From Nitrospirota bacterium (GTDB lineage: Bacteria > Nitrospirota > Thermodesulfovibrionia > Thermodesulfovibrionales > UBA9159): a stretch of DNA of 64,000 bases. This document shows positions 31,342 to 41,522 of this stretch, piece by piece. Position 1 is the stretch's first letter. Each line of letters opens with the position of its first letter. The stretch is taken from contig CAVOUE010000005.1 of the NCBI GenBank assembly GCA_963699545.1, positions 96,001 to 160,000 of the forward strand, written 5' to 3'. The notes under the pieces are model-generated. The model did no database searches and was not told where the DNA came from. It saw only the letters and a program-made list of their open reading frames with translations. A program made the position numbers and the translations under genes.

Positions 31342-33377
31342 TTCTGACCACCCTCGACGGGGTTCAAAAGGTCCATCACTCTCCTGAGGAGGGATTCCTT
31401 GTCGTAAAGACGCGGTCCTTTTTCGAATTCCCCGTGAAGGTCCTTTCTCTCTTCCCCGGCAAAACCGCGGGTTGTGAGCTTCGAAAAGACATTGGGCACA
31501 TCCACGAACCTCGATACCTTGTTGAACTGCGTGATGCCCCCTCTGAACCCCTCATGGTGCAGGGAGAGAACGAGGTGGTTTTTTGCCCTCGTGACCGCTA
31601 CGTAAAAAAGACGCTGCTCCTCTTCGATCTCATCTTTGTGGTCCAGGGAAAAAGCAACGGGCAGCACGCCGTCCATAAGGCCGATGAGGAAGACGCAGTC
31701 CCATTCAAGGCCCTTGGCAGAATGGATGGTGGACAGGGTCAGGGGCTTTTCTTCATCCGGGGTGGACGGCTCAACCCTCCATACCCCCCTTTCCGGCGGT
31801 TCCACAGCAAAGTCCTCAAGAAGGTCTTCCAGTGACCGGTACCTCATCGATATCTGCCGGAGGGTCTCCAGGTCATTGAGTCTGAAATGCCAGTCGTCAA
31901 ACCGGTCCCTCAGCAGCGGAACATAATAATCGACCACGAGACCGAACTGCTCGCCCGCATTTAGGGTTTCCCCGCGCACGGCCCTGAGAAGGGCAGCGAG
32001 TTCCTTTAATCCCCCGGCATATCTGCGGCCCCGGTGTTTCTCAAAGACGTCATCAAGGACACCCTCAAAGGAAGCTCTGGCGAGGATCTCTTCCGAAATA
32101 TATCCTGCCGTCTTCGGCCCGACACCCTCAATGAGCATAAGGACTCTGTTCCATGCCAGTTCATCTTTGGGGTTGGCGACTATCTTCAGATGGGACATGA
32201 CGTCCTTCACATGGGCTGTCTCATAGAACTTGAGTCCTCCAAATACTTCAAAAGGAATATTTCTCCTGCTCAGTTCCGCCTGAAGGGGGATCGAGAGATA
32301 CTGTGAGCGGAACAACACGCACTGCTGCCCCAGGGGGACGCCTTCATCCCTCTGAACCTTGATCCGTTCTGCCACCCATTCCGCCTCCTCGTGGGCGTCC
32401 TTGAAAAAGAGGAGCGAGGGTCTTTCCCCGGTCTGCTTTTTCGCCGAAACAAGGCACTTGGAGTATTTATTCTTCATGTTCTCGAGAACTGCATTGGCAA
32501 CATCCAGGATTGACTGGCTGCTCCGGTAGTTTTCTTCCAGTTTTATGATGGTGCACTCCGGGAATCTTCCGGGGAACTCCATGATATTCTCGTGGGACGC
32601 CCCCCGGAAGCCGTAGATGCTCTGGGCGTCGTCACCCACCGCCATGATATTCCGGTGACGTTCCCCAAGAAAGTAGGCGATATCCCCCTGGAGCTTATTC
32701 GTGTCCTGGTATTCATCTACCATGATGTACTTGAACTTCCGCGAGAGGCGGTCCCGTATCTCTTCATTTTCGAGGAGCAGCCTGAGGTAGACCAGGAGGT
32801 CGTCGTAATCAAGGTAGTTCTTGCTGATCTTGAAGGCGGCATACTCCCGTCTCAGATCATCGATATCGGGTGCAAATTCAAGAAAATGGGGATATTCTTT
32901 CTTCAATACCTCGCTTACCAGCATGTTCTTGTTCACAGACATGCTGATGATAGCCCTCAGGGTGTCTTTCTTGGGGTAGCGCTTTTCTTTCTCGTAAAAC
33001 CCGATTTTGGCAGAGCAGCGGTGAACAGCTTCCGCCGCATCGCCCTCATCGAGCAGTGAAAAGGAATCCGAAAAACCCATGACCTTTGCGTGTCTCTTGA
33101 GTTGCTTGTAAGCAAAGGAATGGAAGGTCCCCCCTTCGACGTCCCTGCATCGGGGGTCGTGCCGCGCCGCACGGGAAATCATCTCTCGGGCAGCGCTCCT
33201 CGTAAAGGTGAGGAGAAGGATGGAATGGGGATTTACCTTGTTCTCTACAAGAGAGAGAACGCGGTATTCGATCACCCTTGTCTTGCCGGAGCCTGCTCCC
33301 GCTATGACCAGCACAGGTCCGGCAGCAGCAGTGACCGCTGCAAACTGGGACGGGTTGAGCTGTCGTTTTATATCCAT
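31338..33377 (-). CDS. UvrD/PcrA-family ATP-dependent helicase
   Basis: AGAGSGKT, TFH, VDEYQD, VGDDAQSIYGFRGA, NYRS, TIHSAKGLEW, EE.RLFYVAVTRAK. Confidence 0.96.
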   Translation of the reverse strand: MDIKRQLNPSQFAAVTAAAGPVLVIAGAGSGKTRVIEYRVLSLVENKVNPHSILLLTFTRSAAREMISRAARHDPRCRDVEGGTFHSFAYKQLKRHAKVMGFSDSFSLLDEGDAAEAVHRCSAKIGFYEKEKRYPKKDTLRAIISMSVNKNMLVSEVLKKEYPHFLEFAPDIDDLRREYAAFKISKNYLDYDDLLVYLRLLLENEEIRDRLSRKFKYIMVDEYQDTNKLQGDIAYFLGERHRNIMAVGDDAQSIYGFRGASHENIMEFPGRFPECTIIKLEENYRSSQSILDVANAVLENMKNKYSKCLVSAKKQTGERPSLLFFKDAHEEAEWVAERIKVQRDEGVPLGQQCVLFRSQYLSIPLQAELSRRNIPFEVFGGLKFYETAHVKDVMSHLKIVANPKDELAWNRVLMLIEGVGPKTAGYISEEILARASFEGVLDDVFEKHRGRRYAGGLKELAALLRAVRGETLNAGEQFGLVVDYYVPLLRDRFDDWHFRLNDLETLRQISMRYRSLEDLLEDFAVEPPERGVWRVEPSTPDEEKPLTLSTIHSAKGLEWDCVFLIGLMDGVLPVAFSLDHKDEIEEEQRLFYVAVTRAKNHLVLSLHHEGFRGGITQFNKVSRFVDVPNVFSKLTTRGFAGEERKDLHGEFEKGPRLYDKESLLRRVMDLLNPVEGGQK

Positions 33378-33421
33378 GTATCGGTCTAAGCCCCTTTTCC
33401 ATTGTTGTATTTGTCACTACC

Positions 33422-33430
33422 ATTCTATCA
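33422..33430 (-). promoter_or_regulatory. Extended -10 element for uvrD-atpD-HEAT
   Basis: Minus-strand TGA-TAGAAT about 45 nt upstream of the helicase ATG. Confidence 0.5.
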
Positions 33431-33472
33431 CAGAAAAGACGCGGAGAGGATGGGACGGTATCGTATCGTAAC

Positions 33473-34321
33473 CTATGCCTCTTCCGTGCCGTTCATGGAC
33501 GGAAGGCCGGAATCATCTTCTTCATTGAGGGTGTATATTTCCTGCCTCTGCACATCCGTGCTCTCCTTCCTCAGGGTAAGTTCGCTGAAGATGAAGGGCC
33601 TGGCGGCAGCGGGGAGTTTCGGGTCTGCGTAAAGGTCCTTGAGGTCCGGCGTTTTCATCCCGCTGATGAAGTTCACCACGCAGGTCATGGGGGTATTGAA
33701 ATTTCGTATGAGTCCAAATCTCACCGAATACCGCAGCGACCATTTCGGATGTTCCGCGATCATCCTGATAACGTGAGGCCGGGAGGTCTTTTTGCTGATG
33801 ATAGCATAGAGGAGGCCTTCGGTGAGCGCTGGACTGTCAAGGCACGCGGCCACCACATTTTCATTCCCTTTTCCCATCAGGACGGTTACGATGCTGCTGC
33901 TGGCCCTCCTTGCCAGGGCTGTCATCACGCCCAGGGGCATTGACGGTATCCTTTCGGTTATGGACTGCTCGATCTTCTGCCTCACATTAAGGGGAAGGGT
34001 CTGTTCCCTTGTGAGGTCCGAGAGATCGAAGATCCTGAGGAATTTCAGCTGTGAGAAGGTGACCCTCTGGGGGGTCCTGGGGTTCTTGCAGAGAGCGACT
34101 TTGAGCTTGTAGCTGTCCTTGAACCTCACGTCCCCGGCAAGGAACTCCAGCGCTTCGGATGGGGTGTTCTTCTTCCTCGTGATGAAGACAGCCATATCTT
34201 CAGTGAGATGCCTGTTCAGTGTGGCATTGAGGATGATCTCCGCGCGGTGTTCGCGGACCAGCCTCCAGAGCTCTTCCCCCTCTGCAGAGAGGGCAGCCCT
34301 TATCTTATCTTCGATCTCCAC
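33473..34321 (-). CDS. Hypothetical alpha-helical repeat protein (LRV/DUF2336-like)
   Basis: Repeated L..NP.TP units (ALCKNPRTP, LIRNFNTP); GTG directly after the upstream stop. Confidence 0.7.
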   Translation of the reverse strand: MEIEDKIRAALSAEGEELWRLVREHRAEIILNATLNRHLTEDMAVFITRKKNTPSEALEFLAGDVRFKDSYKLKVALCKNPRTPQRVTFSQLKFLRIFDLSDLTREQTLPLNVRQKIEQSITERIPSMPLGVMTALARRASSSIVTVLMGKGNENVVAACLDSPALTEGLLYAIISKKTSRPHVIRMIAEHPKWSLRYSVRFGLIRNFNTPMTCVVNFISGMKTPDLKDLYADPKLPAAARPFIFSELTLRKESTDVQRQEIYTLNEEDDSGLPSMNGTEEA

Positions 34322-34322
34322 A

Positions 34323-35576
34323 TCACCCCTTGCCCCACGTGGAGACAAACTCCCGGTAGCTCAACCCGAATGATCCCTTGAAGGCCAGTTCAAGATCGCT
34401 CCCTCCTGAAAGAGACTGGAGGAATTCTTTCATCCGGTACAATCCGTGCCTTTCGATAAGGTACGAGACCGCAGAATAACTCTCCTTGTATGCCACGGCG
34501 ACCTGCTCCCCGGTGAGCCATGAAAAAGAACTGCCCAGCAAGTCAAGAGGAATGATCTGCCCGGTCTTGCCGGCGCGATTTATCGAGAAGTATTCTGCAA
34601 GGCCTTCGTTGATCCAGAGGGGACACCGGGAAGTGAGGGAATGGACAACAGAATGAGTGTACTCATGGAAAAGGACTTTTTTCAAGACCGTTTCGTTACG
34701 TTCAGCTCCCCTTACCGGTATCCGTATCTTTCCGTCGTATATCCCCCCCGACCATCCGGGCGCCCGGGTTATATCATGAAAGTCCTGGTTCGTGTAGAGA
34801 ACGGCATTCACTGTTCCCGAGGGGAAATAGCCGAATTCTTTTCCCACGGTGCTGTACGCATCTTCCAGGATCTCCAGGACCCTCCTGCTCATTCCGCCAT
34901 GTCTGTATCCATCAAAGGTGATCCTAAAATGCGATGTGCTTTCGCTCTCGGATACCTCCTGGGTGTTCTTGTCCCTTCTGAGCTTATCGCAGAGCTTCTG
35001 GAGTTCCTCGTCCTTCTTTATCGCGAGCCCCGCCTCTGCATGCGATAGACCCTTGTCAACATCGTCCTTTCTGTAATAGAGAAAAGCAAGGGTCTTTCTC
35101 ACACCGAAGTCACCCGGGTCGTTCTTCACGGCCTGCTCAAGAAACCTCTCTGCGTTTTCATGGTCCCCAAGCCTGAGATAGGAGATACCCATGCCGGCCA
35201 GCGCGCTCGTGTTCTTCCCGGAGAGTTCCCTGTAGAGCTTGATGGCCCCTTCATAATCCCCTGAGCGGAACTTTTCCGCTGCCTGAGAAGCAAGCTCCCG
35301 GTCCGTCTCCGATACCTGCTCTCTCCCCTGAGAAGAAACAGGGGCCTTCTCAGGGCCGGCGGGATTCGGCGGTTCGACCTTCACGGACTCTCTCAGCACA
35401 GAGATGCGTTCCCCATCACTCTGAGGAGCCGGAGATACGGGAGGTCGTTCGGATCTCACATCAGGGGGTTCGACAGGTATGTGCGGCGCAGCGTTCTCCT
35501 GCGATTTCTCAACGTAAAGATACCCCGTAAACGCCGCAAGACAGAGGATGAGACCGTACGTTATTACCCTTCCCAT
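34323..35576 (-). CDS. Membrane-anchored TPR protein with peptidase MA-family zinc domain
   Basis: N-terminal TM, TPR helices, HEYTH and P.W.NEGLAEY. Confidence 0.9.
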   Translation of the reverse strand: MGRVITYGLILCLAAFTGYLYVEKSQENAAPHIPVEPPDVRSERPPVSPAPQSDGERISVLRESVKVEPPNPAGPEKAPVSSQGREQVSETDRELASQAAEKFRSGDYEGAIKLYRELSGKNTSALAGMGISYLRLGDHENAERFLEQAVKNDPGDFGVRKTLAFLYYRKDDVDKGLSHAEAGLAIKKDEELQKLCDKLRRDKNTQEVSESESTSHFRITFDGYRHGGMSRRVLEILEDAYSTVGKEFGYFPSGTVNAVLYTNQDFHDITRAPGWSGGIYDGKIRIPVRGAERNETVLKKVLFHEYTHSVVHSLTSRCPLWINEGLAEYFSINRAGKTGQIIPLDLLGSSFSWLTGEQVAVAYKESYSAVSYLIERHGLYRMKEFLQSLSGGSDLELAFKGSFGLSYREFVSTWGKG

Positions 35577-35962
35577 TTATCGGGTGTCTTTTCGAAGCGG
35601 ATTCTCCTCAGACCGGTTATCCATGAAAGGAACATGCTCACGATACTCACGATGATGGCCCCCCAAAAGGCAGGCCAGAAGCCCCGTATGTGAAAGCCGA
35701 GATGAAAGGTATCGGAAACAGATGCGGTGAGTACAAGCATAAGGGTATTGATGATCAGTGTGAAAAGACCAAGGGTAAGGACGATAAAAGGGATACTGAA
35801 GAATTGCACAATCGGCTTTATCACCGAATTAACCGCACCGAAGAGCGCCCCGACGACTATCATCTTCCACCACTCGCCGGAAAAGGTTATGCCGTCCACG
35901 AGTTTCATAGCGACAACAAGAGAAAGGGCGTTTATCATCACCCCCAGGATCAGATATGACAT
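35564..35962 (-). CDS. YvlD/4-TMS 'phage holin family' membrane protein
   Basis: N..IKP.......P...LTLGLF...IN, GFW.A..GA. Confidence 0.9.
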   Translation of the reverse strand: MSYLILGVMINALSLVVAMKLVDGITFSGEWWKMIVVGALFGAVNSVIKPIVQFFSIPFIVLTLGLFTLIINTLMLVLTASVSDTFHLGFHIRGFWPAFWGAIIVSIVSMFLSWITGLRRIRFEKTPDKWEG

Positions 35963-36034
35963 GTCACCCCTCCCCATGAATTATAATAAAAGAACTCATC
36001 CCAATATTGGAATGCCCGAACCTCGCAGGCCCGA

Positions 36035-36625
36035 TCAGTCAATCTTTTTTTTCCCGTGGAAGAGTTCGCTCCCTGCACCGGGATACACCGTCCGCTCTTC
36101 CTTCGAGGTCGGCCTGCTCACCAGCGGCCATGTGTCGAAATGGGCTTCAGACCCTCCCCTTGCCGTACAAGACGGTTCAGAGTCCGCCATGATCGGCTTC
36201 TTCCGGACATTCACCCCTTCCACATTATGGCTGAACTCCACAGGAATGCCGTTGGGGTCAAAGGCATAGATCGAGTGGATGAAGCCGTGGTCGATCACCT
36301 CCGATACCCAGAAACCCGCAGCAGAGAACCTGTCCTTCAGCTCCCAGAGATCATCCTCCGCCTCGACCCCAAAGGCGATATGGTCAAAGACAAAGGGACC
36401 CCCTAGGGGACGACCATGCTCCTTTTCCGGCACGGGCTGCACCCCGGGCCATTCAAAGAAGGCCAGGAGATCATTCCCTGATATCTCGAAGAAATAGTGG
36501 CGGTAGCCGGGATGGCCGAGTCCTGCGACCAATCTCATGCCGAGCAGGTCCCTCCAGAAATGGATGGTTTTGTCCATGTTGTCGGTTGCCATTGCAAGAT
36601 GGTTGATGCCATTGAATTTTACCAT
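36035..36625 (-). CDS. VOC/glyoxalase family protein
   Basis: GINHLA, HIAF, DHGFIHSIY.FDPNG..E. Confidence 0.92.
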   Translation of the reverse strand: MVKFNGINHLAMATDNMDKTIHFWRDLLGMRLVAGLGHPGYRHYFFEISGNDLLAFFEWPGVQPVPEKEHGRPLGGPFVFDHIAFGVEAEDDLWELKDRFSAAGFWVSEVIDHGFIHSIYAFDPNGIPVEFSHNVEGVNVRKKPIMADSEPSCTARGGSEAHFDTWPLVSRPTSKEERTVYPGAGSELFHGKKKID

Positions 36626-36644
36626 GCATCACCTCACATCAACG

Positions 36645-37091
36645 TTAATTCCCAGGAAAACTTTCCAGGACCCCAAAGTATATCTTTCCACCGCGCTCAT
36701 AGACTTGCACTTCAACCGAGGCCCTCGAAAAAATGCCGGTGTACATCGGGTAAGTGAGGAGATATCCTATCGCCTTTCCTCTATACGTCACTTCCCTCAC
36801 ATCCACTTTCCTGTAGCCCTTTCCTTTTTGCATGAAGGCCATGGCGTCTTCGAAGGTTGAGGGAGCCTCATAAATCTGTACCGAATACGGGACGATCTCC
36901 TCATTACCTCCAGGGAATTTCAACAGAACAGCTCTGAACACGTCAGCGTCGCCATAAGCATAAAAATAGGCAGTGTACGTCGTCGTTTTCGGTATGCTAT
37001 CCGCCCTCTCAACACCCTGCATCTGGACTGTCTGCGCGCATCCTGCTGATATCACTAAAAGTACGACCATCAGGTTTCTCAGGTTCTTCAT
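36645..37091 (-). CDS. Hypothetical lipoprotein
   Basis: SD GGAGG; lipobox in MKNLRNLMVVLLVISAG-C; upstream TTGACT-16 nt-TATACT. Confidence 0.75.
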   Translation of the reverse strand: MKNLRNLMVVLLVISAGCAQTVQMQGVERADSIPKTTTYTAYFYAYGDADVFRAVLLKFPGGNEEIVPYSVQIYEAPSTFEDAMAFMQKGKGYRKVDVREVTYRGKAIGYLLTYPMYTGIFSRASVEVQVYERGGKIYFGVLESFPGN

Positions 37092-37199
37092 TATACCTTC
37101 CTCCTTTCTTATCACTCACACTCTTTCTTTTAAGTATACTGGAGAAAGATAAGCAGTCAAACGTGTAGAGCAAAAAAGGAACGTCAGGAAAAGGTCGGT

Positions 37200-38513
37200 T
37201 TATCCCCGGAGTCTCTTCTTCGACTCCATAAGGGCCTGTACAGGCTTGAGACCATACGGGCTGCCCTGCTCTATGGCCGTGAGCACCGTGCCCCCTCCTG
37301 TGAAAAAGTAGTAGCTGGCGTTGTCCATCACCGAGAGATAGAGGCCGGGACAGAGGTCCTTGAATTCCTGGAGAGTATCGCCGCCACCGTACATCTTCAT
37401 AGCGGACCTGTTCCTGTCTATGGTGTGGTCAAGGGCCTGGGAGCCGGCAGTGAAATGAGGCGTGTAGCCCATCACGGCGTTGACGAAGATGGTCCTTGCG
37501 GAACCGATGGCTTCAGCCACGACAGCATCCTCGAAGGACTGAGGGTCGATGTCGAGAACATACCCATGGGAATTCCCCGGCCTGAAGTCCCGTGTAGTGA
37601 TGGTCCTGAATCTTCCCTCAACCCGTCCCTCAACAGTGTCTGACTCGACCACGAAGGGGAGTTCAACGATCTTCTTCCTGGCCGCGTCTTTCTCGACAAG
37701 CTCTCTAGCCAGGGTAATGTCCTCATCGGTCACACCCATTATCCTCATATTATACTTCGCGCAGAGATACGTGTTATAGATGACTCCGCCCAATATGAGA
37801 CGGTCAACCTTTTCGTATATCGCATACAGGGGCTTTATCTTGGTGTCATACTTTGCCCCTGCGACCACCGCCACAAAGGGTCTTTCAGGATTCATCACGC
37901 TGCTGAGGTTGACCACCTCCTGTTGCATAAGGAACCCTGCATAGGAAGGGAGATATCTCGTGATATCGTAGGTGGATGCATGGGGCTGCCACGATCCGAA
38001 GGCATCGTTCACATAGATGTCCGCAAGCCCTGCCAACTGGAGACTGAAAGCTTCCCTGGATCCACCTTCCATCTCTTCCCCGGCAAACCACCGGGTATTG
38101 GGCAGATAAATCCCGCCGATCCGCCGCTCCCTCAGTTCCCGGATGGCAAGGTTGATGGACGTATCGATCCCTGCGATGCCTTTCTCAGGATCTATGGGAA
38201 ACCTCGGGATAGAGAATTTTGTATGGAGTTTCTGCTCCATATACTGGACGATGGCTTCCACGGACTCCTCGGGCCTGCACTGGATCCTTCCGCTCTTCTT
38301 ATCCCTGGGCCTGCCCACGTGCGTCATCATAACGGGCCTGCCGCCCCTCTCAACAATATGGAAGAGCGTACCAAGGGTGCGGTCTATCCTGTAAGGGTCC
38401 CGGATCTCGCCACCCTTCACCACATTGTGGTCGAACCTCACCAACACTATCTTCCCGTTCAGGTCAGCGTCCTGGATGAGTGGCAGGTCAGGATGCAAGC
38501 TGTTCTTCTTCAT
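37200..38513 (-). CDS. pgk: Phosphoglycerate kinase (divergent subfamily)
   Basis: VRFDHNV, HVGRP, YVNDAFG, GAK...KI, GGGDT and TGGG motifs. Confidence 0.85.
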   Translation of the reverse strand: MKKNSLHPDLPLIQDADLNGKIVLVRFDHNVVKGGEIRDPYRIDRTLGTLFHIVERGGRPVMMTHVGRPRDKKSGRIQCRPEESVEAIVQYMEQKLHTKFSIPRFPIDPEKGIAGIDTSINLAIRELRERRIGGIYLPNTRWFAGEEMEGGSREAFSLQLAGLADIYVNDAFGSWQPHASTYDITRYLPSYAGFLMQQEVVNLSSVMNPERPFVAVVAGAKYDTKIKPLYAIYEKVDRLILGGVIYNTYLCAKYNMRIMGVTDEDITLARELVEKDAARKKIVELPFVVESDTVEGRVEGRFRTITTRDFRPGNSHGYVLDIDPQSFEDAVVAEAIGSARTIFVNAVMGYTPHFTAGSQALDHTIDRNRSAMKMYGGGDTLQEFKDLCPGLYLSVMDNASYYFFTGGGTVLTAIEQGSPYGLKPVQALMESKKRLRG

Positions 38514-38560
38514 AGTCTATGAAAAGTATTGCGCGGGAAAGAGAGAATGTCAAGCAAGGG

Positions 38561-38776
38561 TTAGAGCTTCACCGGCTTGAGGTTCATCCTTGTTACGACT
38601 GAGAGTATCTGTTTTTCGTTGATTTCCTTCGGGTCGTACTGAATGGTTACGTTCTCTTTCCAGGAGTCCGCTTTTGCACTGATAATCCCATCCATGCGGA
38701 GAAGGATCGTTTCCAGATCAAGGGCACACCCTGCGCAATCCAGACCGGCGACCGCTAACTTTAACTCTTCGGACAT
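38561..38776 (-). CDS. Heavy-metal-associated (CopZ-like) domain protein
   Basis: GLDCAGC motif in a 71-aa ferredoxin-like pattern. Confidence 0.88.
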   Translation of the reverse strand: MSEELKLAVAGLDCAGCALDLETILLRMDGIISAKADSWKENVTIQYDPKEINEKQILSVVTRMNLKPVKL

Positions 38777-38816
38777 ACTTAAAGTAGTTTATGATATATA
38801 TGTGATAATTAACTGA

Positions 38817-39215
38817 TTACACAATATTATATGACAGTTTCTTGACTTCATCCGGCAGTGGAGCGGGCTTAAGGTCCTTGCCCACACAGACAAGGGTGGT
38901 GGTTGACCTGGCGATCAAAACATCTCCCTTTGTGATTTCCTGGAAGAACTTCATAGTGGCCATTCTTGCGTCTTCCACCCGAGCAGAAACCGTCAGCTTG
39001 TCCTGGTAACGGGCTGGCGCCTTATAGTCGATCTCGACCCGGGCAACCACGAACCAAATGTCCTTCTCCGCCAGCTTCGCCAGTTCTATCCCTTTGACAA
39101 GGAGATACTCGGTGCGCGCCTCTTCAAGGTACTTCAGGTAATTCGCGTAATAGACCACACCCCCGCAGTCCGTGTCGTGGTAGTAGATCTTCTTCTCTAT
39201 CGTAAAATCAGGCAT
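38817..39215 (-). CDS. YbgC/FadM-family acyl-CoA thioesterase
   Basis: YY.DTD.GGVVYYANYLKY.E.AR. Confidence 0.93.
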   Translation of the reverse strand: MPDFTIEKKIYYHDTDCGGVVYYANYLKYLEEARTEYLLVKGIELAKLAEKDIWFVVARVEIDYKAPARYQDKLTVSARVEDARMATMKFFQEITKGDVLIARSTTTLVCVGKDLKPAPLPDEVKKLSYNIV

Positions 39216-39218
39216 ACC

Positions 39219-40568
39219 TCATCGCTCCAGTCCGAACTTCTTCATCAGTTCCAGTCCCGCATCCAAAGATTCAAAGACAGAGCGCTTTTTCATTCCCTGG
39301 TTCACAAATTCCCTTTCGAACTCCTCGCCAAAATCCAGCATCACCCTGTCGCCCTCGCTCATTCCTTCCCTTCCCACGATTGCTTCAAGCCTCCTGAGGT
39401 CTCTGCCTTTCGCGTAATACTTGTAAAGGAGATTGGCCACTTTCCTGTGGTCTTCTCTTGTATGACCTGCTCCGATCCCGCTCTGCATGAGCCTTGAGAG
39501 GCTCGGCAGCACATCCACAGGAGGGAATATCTCCTTCTGGTGGAGTTCCCTGCTCAGGACGATCTGTCCTTCCGTGATATATCCGGTGAGGTCAGGAATG
39601 GGATGGGTGATGTCGTCCTCAGGCATGGTCACCACAGGCAACATAGTGACCGATCCGGGCATTCCATTGATCCTTCCTGCACGTTCATAGAGGGATGCCA
39701 GGTCAGAGTACATATACCCGGGATAGCCCCTTCTGCCGGGGAGTTCTTCCCTCGCAGTAGAGACCTCCCTCAGGGCATCGCAGTAGTTGGTCATATCCGT
39801 GATCACCACAAGCACGTCCATGCCCGTTTCAAAGGCAAGGTATTCGGCCACGGTCAGTCCATATCTCGGCGCAAGAAGTCTCTCCACCACAGGCTCATCC
39901 GCCATGTTCGCAAAGGCCACGAACCCCGTCCTCATCTCTTCAAGGGTTCTTTTATAGAAGGAATACTCATGGAAGGTGAGTCCCAACGCAACAAAGACGA
40001 CCACAAATCCTCCCGATACCTCCTGCCCTTCCTTTTGTGACCGAGAGGCAGTCCCTGCATTTTTCAGTATGCCAGCTGCAAGCTCCTTTGACGGCAGACC
40101 TGCGCAGGAAAAGATAGGGAGCTTCTGCCCCTTCACGAGGGTGTTGAGCCCGTCGATGCACGAAAACCCCGTCTCTATGAACTCCTCGGGCCGGGCCCGG
40201 GAAGCGGGATTAATGGGAAACCCTGTCACCGGAGCCCATTTTTCAGGGATGAACATCGGTGCACCGTCCCTGGGCTGAAATGAGCCGCTGAAGACCCTTC
40301 CAATGATATCGGATGAAAGGGGCGCCTTCTTCACTGCGTCCCCGAAAACCACCGAGGAGTTTCCGACATCCAGACCGCGCGTCTCGCCATAGACCTGGAT
40401 AAGGACAGAATCCCTGTCGATCTTCAGCACCTCGCCCTCCATCTCCTTGCCATCAGGGAAGACCACCTTGACCACTTCACCTGCCCGTGCGCTGAATACC
40501 TTTTCCACAAAGAGGAGAGGCCCCCTGATGGACGAGATGGTGGTATATATGTGGTCTGAGAGTCTCAC
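39219..40568 (-). CDS. atpB: V/A-type ATP synthase subunit B
   Basis: GQKLPIFS..GLP, DMTNYC.ALRE, PGRRGYPGYMYSDLA, THPIPDLTGYITEGQ, LPSLSRLM. Confidence 0.97.
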   Translation of the reverse strand: MRLSDHIYTTISSIRGPLLFVEKVFSARAGEVVKVVFPDGKEMEGEVLKIDRDSVLIQVYGETRGLDVGNSSVVFGDAVKKAPLSSDIIGRVFSGSFQPRDGAPMFIPEKWAPVTGFPINPASRARPEEFIETGFSCIDGLNTLVKGQKLPIFSCAGLPSKELAAGILKNAGTASRSQKEGQEVSGGFVVVFVALGLTFHEYSFYKRTLEEMRTGFVAFANMADEPVVERLLAPRYGLTVAEYLAFETGMDVLVVITDMTNYCDALREVSTAREELPGRRGYPGYMYSDLASLYERAGRINGMPGSVTMLPVVTMPEDDITHPIPDLTGYITEGQIVLSRELHQKEIFPPVDVLPSLSRLMQSGIGAGHTREDHRKVANLLYKYYAKGRDLRRLEAIVGREGMSEGDRVMLDFGEEFEREFVNQGMKKRSVFESLDAGLELMKKFGLER

Positions 40569-40586
40569 AGCCCTATCCTTGTGAGT

Positions 40587-40595
40587 ATTATACCA
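40587..40595 (-). promoter_or_regulatory. Extended -10 promoter of the detached atpB unit
   Basis: Minus-strand TGG-TATAAT, 18 nt upstream of the atpB GTG. Confidence 0.6.
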
Positions 40596-40680
40596 CCGGC
40601 CGGTTCGAAGGAAAAGGTTCTTGATTTCGAAAAGAGAGCCATTCGTTACCGTAATGCCTTATAATACATCGGGGCTAAAG

Positions 40681-41475
40681 GTGAACCTGCTCGACAAGCT
40701 CGAAAGAAAGTTCGGCCGTTATGCCATACGGGAATTGATGGTCTATATCATTGGTATCAACGCGCTCGTCTATTTTCTTTCCTACGCGTACCCTGAAAGC
40801 AGCGCGACAAGCAAACTCTGGCTCGACCCTTCCCTGATCATGAAGGGTGAGGTCTGGCGATTGATCACCTATATATTCATACCGCCGACGGCGTCGGTCC
40901 TCTGGATCTTTTTCATCCTTTATTTCTATTACATAGTGGGGACAGGGTTGGAACAGGAATGGGGAAGCTTCAGATTCACTGTTTACTATTTAGCCGGAAT
41001 GGTGGGGACCGTCATTGCAGCATTCATCGTTGGACAGGGCGCTACAGCCCTCTACCTGAACATGTCCCTCTTCCTGGCCTTTGCCTATGTGTATCCCAAC
41101 TTCGAAATACTGTTGTTTTTCGTCGTCCCTGTGAAGGTAAAGTATCTTGCCTGGCTTAACTGGATCTTTATCGCCTTTACTGTTTTGACGGCGCCATTGT
41201 CAGCCAAGGCCGCCGCCATTGTCTCCGTCTTGAATTACTTTCTTTTCTTCGGCAAAGATATTCTGAATGCGACCTCCGCCTATCAACGAAGAAGGCACTT
41301 TAAGTCCCTCAGTGCCCAGCCACTGAAGGCCACTATCCACAGATGCATGATATGCGGAATGACCGAAAATGACGACATACGGATGGAGTTCAGATATTGT
41401 TCCCGGTGCGAAGGCGATCGTGAATATTGCATGCCACACCTGAAAACGCACGAACACGTGGCACCGGAGAAATAG
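40681..41475 (+). CDS. Rhomboid/Derlin-like membrane protein with C-terminal zinc finger
   Basis: GEVWRLITYIF.P and G..LE..WG..RF motifs; C-terminal HRC.ICG...FRYCS.C....EYC..H....H. Confidence 0.8.
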   Translation: MNLLDKLERKFGRYAIRELMVYIIGINALVYFLSYAYPESSATSKLWLDPSLIMKGEVWRLITYIFIPPTASVLWIFFILYFYYIVGTGLEQEWGSFRFTVYYLAGMVGTVIAAFIVGQGATALYLNMSLFLAFAYVYPNFEILLFFVVPVKVKYLAWLNWIFIAFTVLTAPLSAKAAAIVSVLNYFLFFGKDILNATSAYQRRRHFKSLSAQPLKATIHRCMICGMTENDDIRMEFRYCSRCEGDREYCMPHLKTHEHVAPEK

Positions 41476-41522
41476 GGTCCATTCGTTCGATTCAACAATA
41501 TCCCAGGGAGGAGGACACAAGA

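Noticed and set aside
35564-35962. 'Phage holin family' gene as a sign of a prophage
   Set aside because: YvlD-type genes are common chromosomal genes; no endolysin, integrase or structural phage genes are nearby.
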